Positions 21,868-34,306 are shown, counted from the stretch's first letter. The stretch is DNA of 64,000 nt from Eledone cirrhosa (GCA_964016885.1 OZ024740.1:185318001-185382000); one strand, 5' to 3'. Numbers and translations are program-made. Notes: generated from the sequence alone by a model not told the origin.

Positions 21868-21954
21868 AGTGAAGGCGTGTGGCTGAGTGGATAGAGAATA
21901 GGGTTTGCAATCGAGAGGTTGTGAGTTCGATTCCCGGACCGCGCGGTGCGTTAT
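21868..21954 (+). mobile_element. tRNA-derived SINE family B, head only
   Basis: A box tggctgagtgg, B box gttcgattcc; divergent from the adjacent minus copy. Confidence 0.85.
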
Positions 21955-21970
21955 ATATGTATATATATAT

Positions 21971-22150
21971 ATTGTTATACTTTGGGAGGGTCATGTTGCC
22001 AATAAGAATCACACGTACCAGTTGCTTTCACTCCAATTTATTTTAAATTAAATTTATAAATTTAAGAATTTATAAATTTCCGGTTGGTTGTTTGGTTCCA
22101 CAACCGGACGCTTGTTCATATATTGTCAAAGTTATTTCGTCACACATTTG
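21971..22150 (-). mobile_element. Partial PLE pseudo-LTR (same family as 24571-25494)
   Basis: attgttatactttgggagggtcatgttgccaataag...ggttccacaacc matches 24572-24720; starts flush against (TA)n. Confidence 0.8.
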
Positions 22151-22364
22151 GACCTAAATTTTAGAATTACGCACACTTTCTCACTATACGTATACATGTG
22201 TGCATATACATATATGCACATCTGTGAGCGTATATACATACATATACACACACCTAACTATATTTCTTGATAGATTTTTATATATTTCAATTTCTATTTC
22301 ATTTATCTATATCTTTTTTTGATTTTCTTGATGAGTTTTTCTAAGTATTTACCCATGTTTTATA

Positions 22365-22440
22365 TTGCCTCGTCTGACGAACGAATGAAGTCGTTTATTT
22401 CGTATTCGCCTCATTCGGGAAACCTCTGGTAATGAGGTAA
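22365..22440 (+). ncRNA. Type I hammerhead ribozyme
   Basis: Stem I TTGCCTCGT/ATGAGGTAA (9 bp, 2 GU), CTGACGA, stem II CGAATGA/TCATTCG, GAAA, stem III CC-TCT-GG, GUA site. Confidence 0.88.
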
Positions 22441-22541
22441 TTATATTGTATTGATTTTTATACATTAAATTTTGCTCTGATACTTACATAGAGCACTCTT
22501 CATTTCTATGACCTTTTCTGTTTCCAACGGAACTTTCAATA

Positions 22542-22607
<66 letters not shown>

Positions 22608-22633
22608 TACATATGTGTATATATGTATATATA

Positions 22634-22681
<48 letters not shown>

Positions 22682-22741
22682 TACATATATATATGTATGT
22701 ATATATATATATATATATATATATTCATACATATATATATG

Positions 22742-22779
<38 letters not shown>

Positions 22780-22891
22780 CATAAATATATATAATGTATA
22801 TATATATATATTTATATATATATATATAAATACATATATATATATATATTCATAAATAAATATATATATAAATATATATATATATTAATAC

Positions 22892-22922
<31 letters not shown>

Positions 22923-22998
22923 TATAAAGAAAAAGAGATGAAATCGAAAATGCAACTGGAATCTTATTTTTGTTTTAAATATATATATTTATTTGGTT

Positions 22999-23036
22999 CC
23001 TTTACCGGTTTCGCAGTTCTTCTGCTTTTCAAAAGG
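22999..23036 (-). ncRNA. Minimal type I hammerhead, U3-A8 core
   Basis: Minus strand: CCTT-TTGAAAA-GCAG(aagaa)CTGC-GAAA-CCGG-TA-AAGG. Confidence 0.82.
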
Positions 23037-23092
23037 TGAGTTGAGATGGAGGGTCTGTGGTTTTTCTCACTGAGAAAGTAGAAACAATTATT

Positions 23093-23665
23093 ATGTTCGG
23101 TTTGTTTGTTTGTAAACAAACAAACAGCCCGAATTACGCCGTACAGTGTTCAGGAAACAATCGTCGCCTTTTTGTTCAACTCTGACGCAGGAACGATGTA
23201 CTAGTTTCAAGCGTATTAGCTATCGTCAGCATCGTATACCTTCCTGCCAGATGATTGAACGTCTGAAAGTATATACTTCCCTCATGCATATTAACGGCTG
23301 AGCAGCCTAATTTGCATATCGAGTGAGTTAATTGACTGGGCGCACCGAAAACGATAACTGGAAAAGAAAGAAACGAAATTTCATTTCTCACTCTTAGTAC
23401 GGCTGATACTTAAATGTAAGTAGGTATGTATACGTACAAACATATATGTACACTGACGTACAGTAGTATGTATATATATACATACATGCACACTTTTGTA
23501 TATGTACGTATAGGTTTACCGAACATTTATTATAATGTTCGGTTTGTTTGCTTGTAAACAAACAGCCCGAATTACGCAGTACAGTATTCAGGCAACCATC
23601 GTCGCCTTTTTGTTGAACACTGACACTGTATCAGCCGTACTAAGAGTGAGAAATGAAATTTCGTA
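23093..23665 (-). mobile_element. Retrozyme-like repeat, ~442 bp monomer plus partial tandem copy and short inverted segment
   Basis: 23093-23186 recurs at 23535-23626; 23628-23665 is the reverse complement of 23373-23409; contains an HHR; no ORF. Confidence 0.75.
23193..23235 (-). ncRNA. Minimal type I hammerhead ribozyme
   Basis: Minus strand: ACGATG-CTGACGA-tAGC(taatac)GCTt-GAAA-CTAG-TA-CATCGT; perfect 6 bp stem I, palindromic stem III. Confidence 0.88.
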
Positions 23666-23670
23666 TAATT

Positions 23671-23794
<124 letters not shown>

Positions 23795-23849
23795 TATACA
23801 ATAACGCACCAGAGTATTCAATACTTAGGGCAGTAGAATGGGAAATAGG

Positions 23850-24025
23850 AAAATGTATGACCCCGACGGCAGAGCTTAAGCCATTTCGACGGCTATTTCT
23901 GGACTATTCATACTCTTTCATCTGGACTGAAATAACCGTCGAAACTTCTTGAGCTCTGCCGTCGGGGTCATACTTTTTCATATATATATATATATGAAAA
24001 AGTATGACCCCGACGGCAGAGCTCA
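23850..24025. repeat. GC-rich fold-back with three alternating copies of tatgaccccgacggcagagct
   Basis: Copies near 23856 (+), 23951-23972 (-) and 24003 (+); inner stem tttcgacggctatttc/gaaataaccgtcgaaa. Confidence 0.85.
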
Positions 24026-24170
24026 TCCGGTTCCCTACCACAATTCCTTCGTTATATATGTAGGTATATATATATATATATAATATTCATGTCTATATAT
24101 ATATATAATATTCATGTATTTATATATATATATATATAATATTCATGTATATATATATATATAAATAATA

Positions 24171-24227
<57 letters not shown>

Positions 24228-24288
24228 TATTCATATATATATATATATATATATAATGTATAAAAATCAATACAATATAATATATATT

Positions 24289-24324
<36 letters not shown>

Positions 24325-24481
24325 TAATATTATATATATATATATATAAATAATATTATATATATATATATATTAATAGTATTCATATATATATATATGT
24401 ATATATATATAAATAATATTATATATATATATATATAAATAATATTCATATATATATATATGTATATATATATAAATAATA

Positions 24482-24524
<43 letters not shown>

Positions 24525-24526
24525 TA

Positions 24527-24577
<51 letters not shown>

Positions 24578-24735
24578 ATACTTTGGGAGGGTCATGTTGC
24601 CAATAAGAAACACACGCACCAGTTGCTTTCACTTCAATTTATTATATATTTATAAATTTATAAACTTGCAAATCTACAAACTTATAAATTTCTGGTTGGT
24701 TGGTTGGTTCCACAACCAGATAGTTGTTTATATAT

Positions 24736-24780
24736 AGTCATAGTCCTTTCGTAACACCATCTGTGACCTCTTCAGTGACT
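24736..24780 (-). ncRNA. Type I hammerhead in pseudo-LTR
   Basis: Minus strand: AGTCA-CTGAAGA-stem II (gtcaca..tgttac)-GAAA-GGAC-TA-TGACT. Confidence 0.82.
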
Positions 24781-25285
24781 GGGGATTCCCTCTTTGTTTC
24801 TGTGCCTTTGCTTTCTTCTGTCCTACGCCATTTTGTTTCTGTGTGTGTGTTGTGTGCTCAGTTTGCGCATGCGCCACATCCGGGTGTCTGTGTGTGTTTG
24901 TGTTCATTTATCTATTTGTTTATTTATTTATTTATTTATTGTTGGTTGGTTGTTTGTTCTATGTGTGTGTGTGTTTTCATTTTGTCCTTAATTGTAAGTT
25001 GTCATGTTCCTGTTCCACTCATATTTTCTATTTAATTTTGGTTGTAATTCTTTTATGCTTACTGCCTCTGTAATTTGCCTAAACATTGCATCTTTTCTGT
25101 AGATAGAACAAACAACCAACCAACAATAAATAAATAAATAAATAAACATATAGATAAATGAACACAAACACACACAGACACCCGGATGTGGCGCATGCGC
25201 AAACTGAGCACACAACACACACACAGAAACAAAATGGCGTATGACAGAAGAAAGGAAAGGCACAGAAACAAAGAAAGGAATCCCC

Positions 25286-25330
25286 AGTCACTGAAGAGGT
25301 CACAGAGTGTGTTACGAAAGGACTATGACT
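25286..25330 (+). ncRNA. Type I hammerhead in inverted pseudo-LTR
   Basis: AGTCA-CTGAAGA-GGTCACAGAGTGTGTTAC-GAAA-GGAC-TA-TGACT. Confidence 0.82.
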
Positions 25331-25572
25331 ATATATAAACAACTATCTGGTTGTGGAACCAACCAACCAACCAGAAATTTATAAGTTTGTAGATTTGTAA
25401 ATTTATAAATTTATAAATATATAATAAATTGAAGTGAAAGCAACTGGTGCGTGTGTTTCTTATTGGCAACATGACGCTCTCAAAGTATAACAATATCGGT
25501 TTCAACACACGATTTCAGATAAAGAATCTTGCTAAACAAATTCAGAAACGATATATATATATATATGAATAA

Positions 25573-25648
<76 letters not shown>

Positions 25649-25858
25649 ATATTCATATATATATATATATATATATATAAATAATATTCACATATATATA
25701 TAAATAATATTCATATATATATATATATATATAAAAAAATTATATATATATATATAAAAATAAAATTCATATATATATATATATATAAATTATATATATA
25801 TATATATAAATAATATTCATATATATATATATATATATATATAAATTATATATATAAA

Positions 25859-26046
25859 TAATTGTTTCTACTTTAGGCAGAAGGCCAGCAATTCCCCAGT
25901 GCATTACTGGTACTTTATTTTATCGACCCCGTAAGGATGAAAGGCAAAGTCAACCTTGGCGGGATTTGAACTAAGATTGTAAAGGGACGTAACTATGTTG
26001 GAAAGCATGGCGTCAGAACCTCTACCGATACTGCCCATCCACCGCC

Positions 26047-26047
<1 letters not shown>
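25859..26047 (-). mobile_element. SINE family A
   Basis: Reverse complement of the 10393-10573 copy. Confidence 0.88.
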
Positions 26048-26142
<95 letters not shown>

Positions 26143-26185
26143 ATGAATATATATATATATATATATTATATATTTATATATATGA

Positions 26186-26274
<89 letters not shown>

Positions 26275-26284
26275 GAAAAAATGA

Positions 26285-26716
26285 AAACAAATTTCATTTC
26301 TCAATCTTAGTACGGCTGTTACTTAAATATAAGTATGTATACGTACATACGTATATGTATACAGACGTACAGTAATATGTATATATATACATACATGGAC
26401 ACATATATATATGTACGTATGGATTTACCAAACATTTATTATAATACTCGGTTTGTTTGTAAACAAACATCCCGAATTAAGCCGTACACTCTTTAGCAAC
26501 CATCGGTGCCCTTTTGTTCAACACTGACAAAGGAACGATGTACTAATTTCAAGCTTATTAGCTATCGTCAGCACCGTATACCTTCCTGCCAGATGATTGA
26601 ACGTCTGAAAGTATATACTTTACCTATTCATATTAACGGCTGAGTAGCCTAATTTGCATATCGAATGAGTTAATCGGCCTGACGCACCGAAAACGATAAA
26701 TGGAAAAAAATTAAAC
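26285..26716 (-). mobile_element. Second, circularly permuted monomer of the ~442 bp retrozyme-like repeat
   Basis: Same blocks as 23093-23535 but starting and ending at the position equivalent to ~23372. Confidence 0.78.
26535..26577 (-). ncRNA. Minimal type I hammerhead ribozyme
   Basis: Minus strand: ACGGTG-CTGACGA-tAGC(taataa)GCTt-GAAA-TTAG-TA-CATCGT; differences from the 23193 copy are two GU wobbles and one loop change. Confidence 0.85.
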
Positions 26717-26829
26717 GTTTGTGATATGTATGTGTTTGTGATATGTACGTATTTGTATGCGTATAATTGTATAGCTATGTATGTATGTGTGTGTGTATGT
26801 ATATATATATGTGTGTATATGTGTGTGTG

Positions 26830-26902
<73 letters not shown>

Positions 26903-27344
26903 ATATGTGTGTGTATATATGTATATACGTGTGTGTGTGTGTTTGTGTATGTATTTGTGTATGCGGATGTATGTGTTTATGTATTTGTATATGTATATTT
27001 ATGTGTGAGAGAGTGTGTGTATGTATTTTCTTTTTCATACGTATGTTTACGTGCATTTGTGTGTATTGCTTACCACGCGTGTCTGTTCATCTATTCGTCG
27101 TTTGTATCGCTGACAACTGTATAATAGTCTTTATGATTTTATTTTTTATATATATATATATTTTCTTATATTTATTTGCGTGTGTGAATATGTAGAGGTG
27201 TGTGTATATATATTTTTTTATTTTGTACATGCATATGTATGCATTTATGTATGTGTATGTATGTACGTGTGTATATAGGTATGATTGAGTGCATGTATGT
27301 ATGTATATGTATGTGTGTATGGCTATGTATGTGTATGTGTATGC

Positions 27345-27392
<48 letters not shown>

Positions 27393-27724
27393 GTTTCTAT
27401 ATATATATATGTGTGGTTCTATATATGTATGTGTATGTATGTATGTGTTGATATTTATGTGCGTATGTATGTATGTGTATATGTATGTGTATGTGTGTAT
27501 TTATATACACATATATACGTGTATATGTGTGTGTGTTTGTATGAGTGTATGTATATATATATGTGTGTGTGTATGTATGCTTCTGTGTGTGTGTGAGTGT
27601 GTGTGTTTGCATGTGTGTTTTTATTTTATTTTTCCTTTCCTTCTTCTTTCTCCGACCTCACTTTCATATAGTTTTCATTTTTTGTTTTTTGAAATCCAAA
27701 TTCAATAAACAGACCAGGATATTG

Positions 27725-27780
27725 TCATTCTGATGATTGAAAGGAAATTTTTTTGCTTTTAAGAAACCACTGGTAAATGG
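27725..27780 (+). ncRNA. Type I hammerhead ribozyme
   Basis: TCATT-CTGATGA-TTGAAAG...CTTTTAA-GAAA-CC-ACT-GG-TA-AATGG. Confidence 0.85.
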
Positions 27781-27802
27781 AATAATCGCCTTATGTTGTT
27801 TA

Positions 27803-27874
<72 letters not shown>

Positions 27875-28034
27875 TAGAATTGGAGCTCTGAAATAGCAAT
27901 ATATATATGGATGTATATATAATGTATTTTGCAATACACTTTATGCTTAATTAAAAGCATTTTGAAGACCGTAAGCTATTGTTTTAAAGTAGTGACAAAT
28001 TCACTCACTTTGATCTCAGCAAACCGGGGAGATA

Positions 28035-28078
28035 AGCCGACATGACATGTTTCGCTTTTGTTGAAGCTTATCAAGGCC
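28035..28078 (-). ncRNA. Hammerhead, U3-A8 core, duplicated stem III segment
   Basis: Minus strand: GGCC-TTGATAA-GCTT(caacaa)AAGC-GAAA-CATGTCATG-TC-GGCT. Confidence 0.75.
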
Positions 28079-28350
28079 AACTACTCTGTTTGCTGAGATC
28101 AAAGTGAGTGAATTTGTCACTACTTTAAAACAATAGCTTACGGTCTTCAAAATGCTTTTAATTAAGCATAAAGTGTATTGCAAAATACATTATATATACA
28201 TCCATATATATATTGCTATTTCAGAGCTCCAATTCTAATTTTTAATTTCTGCCTGACCAACAACCGCTCTGCATAATCAGCTCCTGATTATTTACTATAT
28301 TTCTATAAGAATATAACATCATTGATCTCAGTAGACAGGCGGAGTAGTTC

Positions 28351-28393
28351 GCCTTGATAAGCTTCAACAAAAGCGAAACATGTCATGTCGGCT
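28351..28393 (+). ncRNA. Hammerhead, U3-A8 core, duplicated stem III segment
   Basis: GCC-TTGATAA-GCTT(caacaa)AAGC-GAAA-CATGTCATG-TC-GGC. Confidence 0.75.
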
Positions 28394-28554
28394 TATCTCC
28401 CCTGTTTGCTGAGATCAAAGTGAGTGAATTTGTCACTACTTTAAAACAATAGCTTACGGTCTTCAAAATGCTTTTAATTAAGCATAAAGTGTATTGCAAA
28501 ATACATTATATATACATTTATATATATATATATATATTTATTTATATATATATA

Positions 28555-28625
<71 letters not shown>

Positions 28626-28699
28626 TTATATATATATATATTTATATATATATTTATATATTTATATATATATATATTTATATATATATATATATATAT

Positions 28700-28967
28700 T
28701 GGATTAAATGCTCTGAAATAGCGATATATATGTGAAGATAGACATAGAATATTCGAAAATATTCTATGCTGTGTCATTCTCGATAAAAGCACTGGATATG
28801 TAATCCTGAAGATTTCTAATAAGAATGAAACGCGTAGGTTACTTCCCTTGCTTTTATCGAGAATCTAATTTTAATACGTGACGTATTCTATTCTATAGCG
28901 ATTAGGTCTTCAAAATGTTTATTATAAACATACAGAATATTTTCGAATATTCTATGTCTATCTTCAC

Positions 28968-28972
<5 letters not shown>
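28700..28972 (+). mobile_element. Fold-back HHR element
   Basis: Nested inverted repeats (attctcgataaaagca/tgcttttatcgagaat; gtgaagatagacatagaatattcgaaaatattct and its reverse complement near 28935-28968) enclose an HHR; shares gctctgaaatagc and ggtcttcaaaatg with the 27868-28517 element. Confidence 0.75.
28800..28842 (+). ncRNA. Minimal type I hammerhead ribozyme
   Basis: GTAATC-CTGAAGA-tTTCT(aata)AGAAt-GAAA-CGCG-TA-GGTTAC; typical PLE-type palindromic stem III. Confidence 0.88.
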
Positions 28973-29006
<34 letters not shown>

Positions 29007-29022
29007 TATATATATATATATT

Positions 29023-29057
<35 letters not shown>

Positions 29058-29264
29058 ATTTATATATATATTTATATATATATATTTATATATATATTTA
29101 TATATATCTATATATTTATATATATATATTTATATATATATATATTTATATATATATATATATTTATAAATATATTATATATATATATATATATGTATAT
29201 TTATATATATATATATATATTTATAAATATATATATATGTATATTTATATATATATATATGCTG

Positions 29265-29425
29265 GACACTACAGCTTAATATGGGATGTTTGTTTACAAC
29301 ACACACCGAGCATTATAAGAAATGTTCGGTGAATCCATACGTACATATATATGTGTGTGCATGTATGTATATATATATATACATACTACTGTACGTCTGT
29401 ATACATATAATTATGTAGGTGTACA
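29265..29425 (+). repeat. Partial third copy of the retrozyme-like repeat, opposite orientation, HHR part absent
   Basis: Reverse complement of ~26340-26490. Confidence 0.75.
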
Positions 29426-29620
29426 TAATTATATATATATATTTATATATATATATATATATATATATCACCTTTATATATATATATATATATATATATT
29501 ACCTTTATATATATATATATATTAACTTTGTATATATATATATATATATTACCTTTATATATATATATTAACTTTGTATATATATATATATATATTACTT
29601 TTATATATATATATTACCTT

Positions 29621-29655
<35 letters not shown>

Positions 29656-29690
29656 TACCTTTATATATATATGTATATTACCTTTATATG

Positions 29691-29729
<39 letters not shown>

Positions 29730-29730
29730 C

Positions 29731-29772
<42 letters not shown>

Positions 29773-29773
29773 C

Positions 29774-29811
<38 letters not shown>

Positions 29812-29827
29812 CCTTTATATATATATA

Positions 29828-29895
<68 letters not shown>

Positions 29896-30839
29896 GATAA
29901 ATCTACCAAGAGTTTACGGTAGTGTCCAATCCGTATGAAGAACTCAATGTAATCCGGATATCATGGAAAGAAGAGATGCAATGAAAAATCACTTACGGTG
30001 AAAGATAAACGGAATACAGAGTCAAGATAAAATATTAAAAAAATAATGAATAAAACAATGAAACAGTTCCTTATATTAAACAAAAAAAGTTCATTATTTA
30101 ACGATCGTTTCTGTGATATATATGTGTTAGAATTGGCATGTATATTTAACAGATCTATGTACAAACTTATACAAAATTATACAAACTATCAACATTAAAT
30201 ATACATACCAACTCATATATATGCCGTCTTCAGAAATAATGAAATATATTTATTGATAATAACAACAATTCAAAATTACAGGTCTGTTTGGGAACAGAGT
30301 TCAAATTGACCAATGGAAACACAAAAAGTTTATACAGTTAGGTGTGTGTATATATGTAAGTAACTTCGTTCACAGATATGCATAAACATATATGTTCACA
30401 TGCATACGCATGCCGAAAAGATGTATGTAAATACAAAAATTCAGGGCTAATGTCTCCGTATGTTTATAATCTACAGATAAAATACATATACGCATATAAA
30501 CATATAAATATAAAAATAAATATATACACATTCATATACTCACACATATACATACATTCACACACACACGCGCATATACGCATAAACATACACACAACCA
30601 CGAACATACATACACACACACACTCACACACACATATATGTGTATATACTATTATCATAAGCATATGGACATTAATGCGTGCACATAAACACTGCCACAC
30701 ATATTTAGATCCAGATACAGAAAGTAGGTGGGGGGGGGGGAGAGGTCAGTATTTACTGGTGTCAGCAAACTGCCTATTTATAAATGTATCTATAAATTTA
30801 GAAATAAAAAGAAAAAGAAAAAAGAAAAATATTAAGAAA

Positions 30840-30884
<45 letters not shown>

Positions 30885-30889
<5 letters not shown>

Positions 30890-31600
30890 TATGAAGAGAG
30901 AAGAAACATTTAGATATAATTAGTAATAAAATGTATCATACCCAAACTGCTCCTAAAGTATATATGTGTGTGTCCGCATGTATCTGTGTGTTTCTAAATA
31001 TATTGTTAATAACTCCCTCTGGTCGAGCAATCTTTGAAGTTTGGGGACAACTGGAAAGCTTCCATTACTCATACTTCTAGCCTTCTTCACCACCTCTTCT
31101 GCGGCCTCGATATGAATACCCCCTCCGCCTCCGTGGTATTTTCTTCGTGGTTATAAGAGGCTTAGCTCTGTTTCTCGACCGTTATATCGCGTGACTATCT
31201 CCCCCTCCGCCTTTTGGGATTCTTTCTCACGTCGTGTAGACGCGTTCTTGAGACTAGTAAAATGAGGTATCCTCTTGATAAGTCGGCAGACCTCGCAGGG
31301 ACTCTATATCTTTATGATATATTGTTTTTGTTTATGCCACGAAACTACGCAGTCGAGGAATTTAGGAGCAGTTTGGGTATGATACATTTTATTACTAATT
31401 ATATCTAAATGTTTCTTCTCTCTTCATAATGTATTTTTAACTCTGATACTGGTTCAGTCTAGTTCAACTGAATTGGTCTGTCCCGGTCATTCATTGAGCA
31501 ACATCGGTGAAGTTGGCACCCTTAACTCACAGTTGGGTGCGGATGCATTCATGTATATATGTGTGTGTCCGCATGTATCTGTGTGTTTCTAAATATATTG

Positions 31601-31603
<3 letters not shown>
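30885..31603 (+). mobile_element. HHR-bearing element with ~50 bp direct repeat (period ~595 bp) and ~73 bp inverted copy
   Basis: 30958-31008 = 31553-31603; 30885-30957 is the reverse complement of 31361-31433; (TA)n flanks. Confidence 0.75.
31270..31359 (+). ncRNA. Type I hammerhead, U3-A8 core, long stem II
   Basis: TCCTC-TTGATAA-GTcGGCA...TGCCAC-GAAA-CT-ACGC-AG-TC-GAGGA. Confidence 0.8.
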
Positions 31604-31658
<55 letters not shown>

Positions 31659-31684
31659 AAGTAAAATATAAAATATACATCGAT

Positions 31685-31757
<73 letters not shown>

Positions 31758-31897
31758 CATATACATACACATATACATAAACACATACATACACATACAT
31801 ATACATACACACACCATATATATACACATACACACACGCGCATACATATAGAGACACATACATATACATATATAAATACATAGACATATACATATAT

Positions 31898-31943
<46 letters not shown>

Positions 31944-31962
31944 ATATATACATACATTCACA

Positions 31963-32018
<56 letters not shown>

Positions 32019-32019
32019 C

Positions 32020-32061
<42 letters not shown>

Positions 32062-32089
32062 CCTTTATGTTATATACGTAAATACATAT

Positions 32090-33055
32090 ATTATAATTAG
32101 AAGTTGACGGGACTAGCATAGTTTTCAATACTGGTACCGGTTGCAACTTACCGTACTCAATAGGTAAGTTTATATAAATATCTTAGAATAGATACAAAGT
32201 TATTTGCTTCAGTACAGCACACGTAAATGTGTACCATAAATCTATATCCGTACTAGAGTTTTGGCTACCGTAATGCAGCAAGAGTGCGCACACTATCTAC
32301 TGTATGGAACAATGCGTATTCGATGCATATGGCTTCATAGAGGGTCTCACCTAATCAATTACCAATTGATCGACATAATTCGAATCCAGTTCTTGCCGGC
32401 TATGGCAGTGAATGTGACAGGCGACACAGTAGTGCAATATCAACTGAAATCCCCACGCGTCGTAAAAAGCCATCAACCGATTTGCTACTTGTTCAGAAAT
32501 TTACGTGATGGTAGGAGTCAAAATTCAAATTCTCCCCCCACCCTCCATACGCACTCACCAACATATTGAAACCAAACATAAATTAACGAGTGAAAAAATC
32601 GGTTATTAGAGAAAATCAGTCTCCAATCCCTGTACAATAGAATGGTAGCATGGCGAAAACGGCGAAACGGTAACAGTGGTAGTAACTAAAGCCTTTCTGG
32701 ACATTAAATGCCAACAGGTGATTAGATAGCGATATAGAATTGGCGCGCTGGTTAAAATTCGAAATCGGGATATTTTGACCAACCACAGCGCAAAACCGAT
32801 CAGTTTCACAGCTCGTACGATTCAATAGGTGAGTGAGAGAGAAAGATAGAAGAGTTATTAGAGAGCATATTAAACAAAAGACAACTTGTTTATCTGTTAG
32901 TTGGGAGAACGTCATTAATAAGAAATTGACGGGACTAGCATATGTTTCACTGCTAGTACCGGTTGCATTTCAATGTACTCAATAGCTAAGGTTATGTAAA
33001 AATCCCAGAGTAGACACAACGTTATTTGCCTCAATACAACAGACGTAAATGTGTA
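32090..33055. repeat. Unclassified element with diverged ~140 bp direct repeats
   Basis: ttgacgggactagcata...gtaccggttgca...cgtaaatgtgta at ~32095-32233 and ~32917-33054. Confidence 0.7.
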
Positions 33056-34306
33056 TTATATATTATATAAATATAATATATTATATAAATATAATATATT
33101 TCTATATTTGAATTAACGTACAAGATGCCGGAGCACTCTAAAGACTTAACGTAAGTCTCAGTTAGGTTCAACATGAGACATTGTGTTACACCGCAGGTGT
33201 TTTGAATTATATATACAGTTCATCCAACGGGCTTCCAGACAGTTTCTGCCTACTGAATTTCACTGACAAGCATGACTTGATCTGGAGTTATTTTAAAAGA
33301 AACAATGCCATCGAGTGTGATGTAACCTGATCCAAATGACTGCGTAGCGTATGTCTTTACCATTCGGAGAAAATGTAACTTTTATTCAATTACATATAAG
33401 AAAGAAATCAAACACATATTTTGAGAATATTTTCAAATCTATGGGATTTCAGTATGCCGTTGATATCTGAAAGTAAAATACTCATGACGAATGAGCAGAA
33501 ACAGTTCTTTCAGTTTTCGGAAACTATATACTTCACTATGGTTACTAATGGTAAATAGAAATGATTTCTGAAAACAGCCATTATATAACAATTTGGATTG
33601 GTAATCCTCACATTTTATGTTCATAGATGATTTACCTACAATTATCAATTGATCAGTGTTTCTTAATTAATGTTTATTGATTTGTGTCAAACAAAATAAC
33701 CTCCTTCCTAGCACATGTTAATATCATTGAGTTTACCACTTTTTAAACGACAACGCTATTGATCTTTTAAGAGACCTATTTCTCCAAAGCCCAATATATC
33801 TTTATATGCTGTAATGTTGTCAAATATTAGGAAACTTAGTCTCTTTGTACAGCCGTGGCATTTGACAAATTTTAGCGAGAATGCTTTCTTCCAATTTATA
33901 TTCTTGTTTATACTTGTGTTACAGATCGGCTACATTAATATGATTATTAACATGCACAGTGTTACTTCCTTCTTAGCATCTCTTTAAGTGAATTTGATAT
34001 ATAGTATTTTATATGTTGGAATAGCTATATTCATATAGATGCAAATTACACGCTTAATTATGTTAAACAGAGCCCATATTATGCAACTTTCAAAAGTGAA
34101 AATATCATTTGTATATGAATATAATCCTCCCTGTTTTATTATCTCTCAATATATGGTTTCTCGTTTGCTTTACGTCTCGGATTGTTTCCAGTTTTCTTGG
34201 AATTCTTCAGTTATGCAACACCGATCACCTTTTGCGTAATTTAGAAACAGCAAAAACAATAATAATGATAATATTTATTATTATTATTATCATTATTATT
34301 ATTAAT

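Larger units (their letters stand above)
24571..25540 (-). mobile_element. Miniature Penelope-like element: inverted pseudo-LTRs around the last ~37 codons of the endonuclease
   Basis: ~390 bp inverted arms (24571-24961 / 25102-25494); the centre encodes YRKDAMFRQITEAVSIKELQPKLNRKYEWN, homologous to HRNDPADRQIREASEIEIRRPKLNRKNEWN of the 54 kb PLE. Confidence 0.88.
27868..28517 (+). mobile_element. HHR-bearing ~316 bp tandem repeat with inverted copy (pseudo-LTR/retrozyme-like)
   Basis: 28087-28200 repeats at 28403-28517; 27868-28024 is the reverse complement of 28088-28243; (TA)n on both sides. Confidence 0.8.

Noticed and set aside
30205-30245. CTGAAGA-CGGCAT on the minus strand
   Set aside because: No closing stem II or GAAA.
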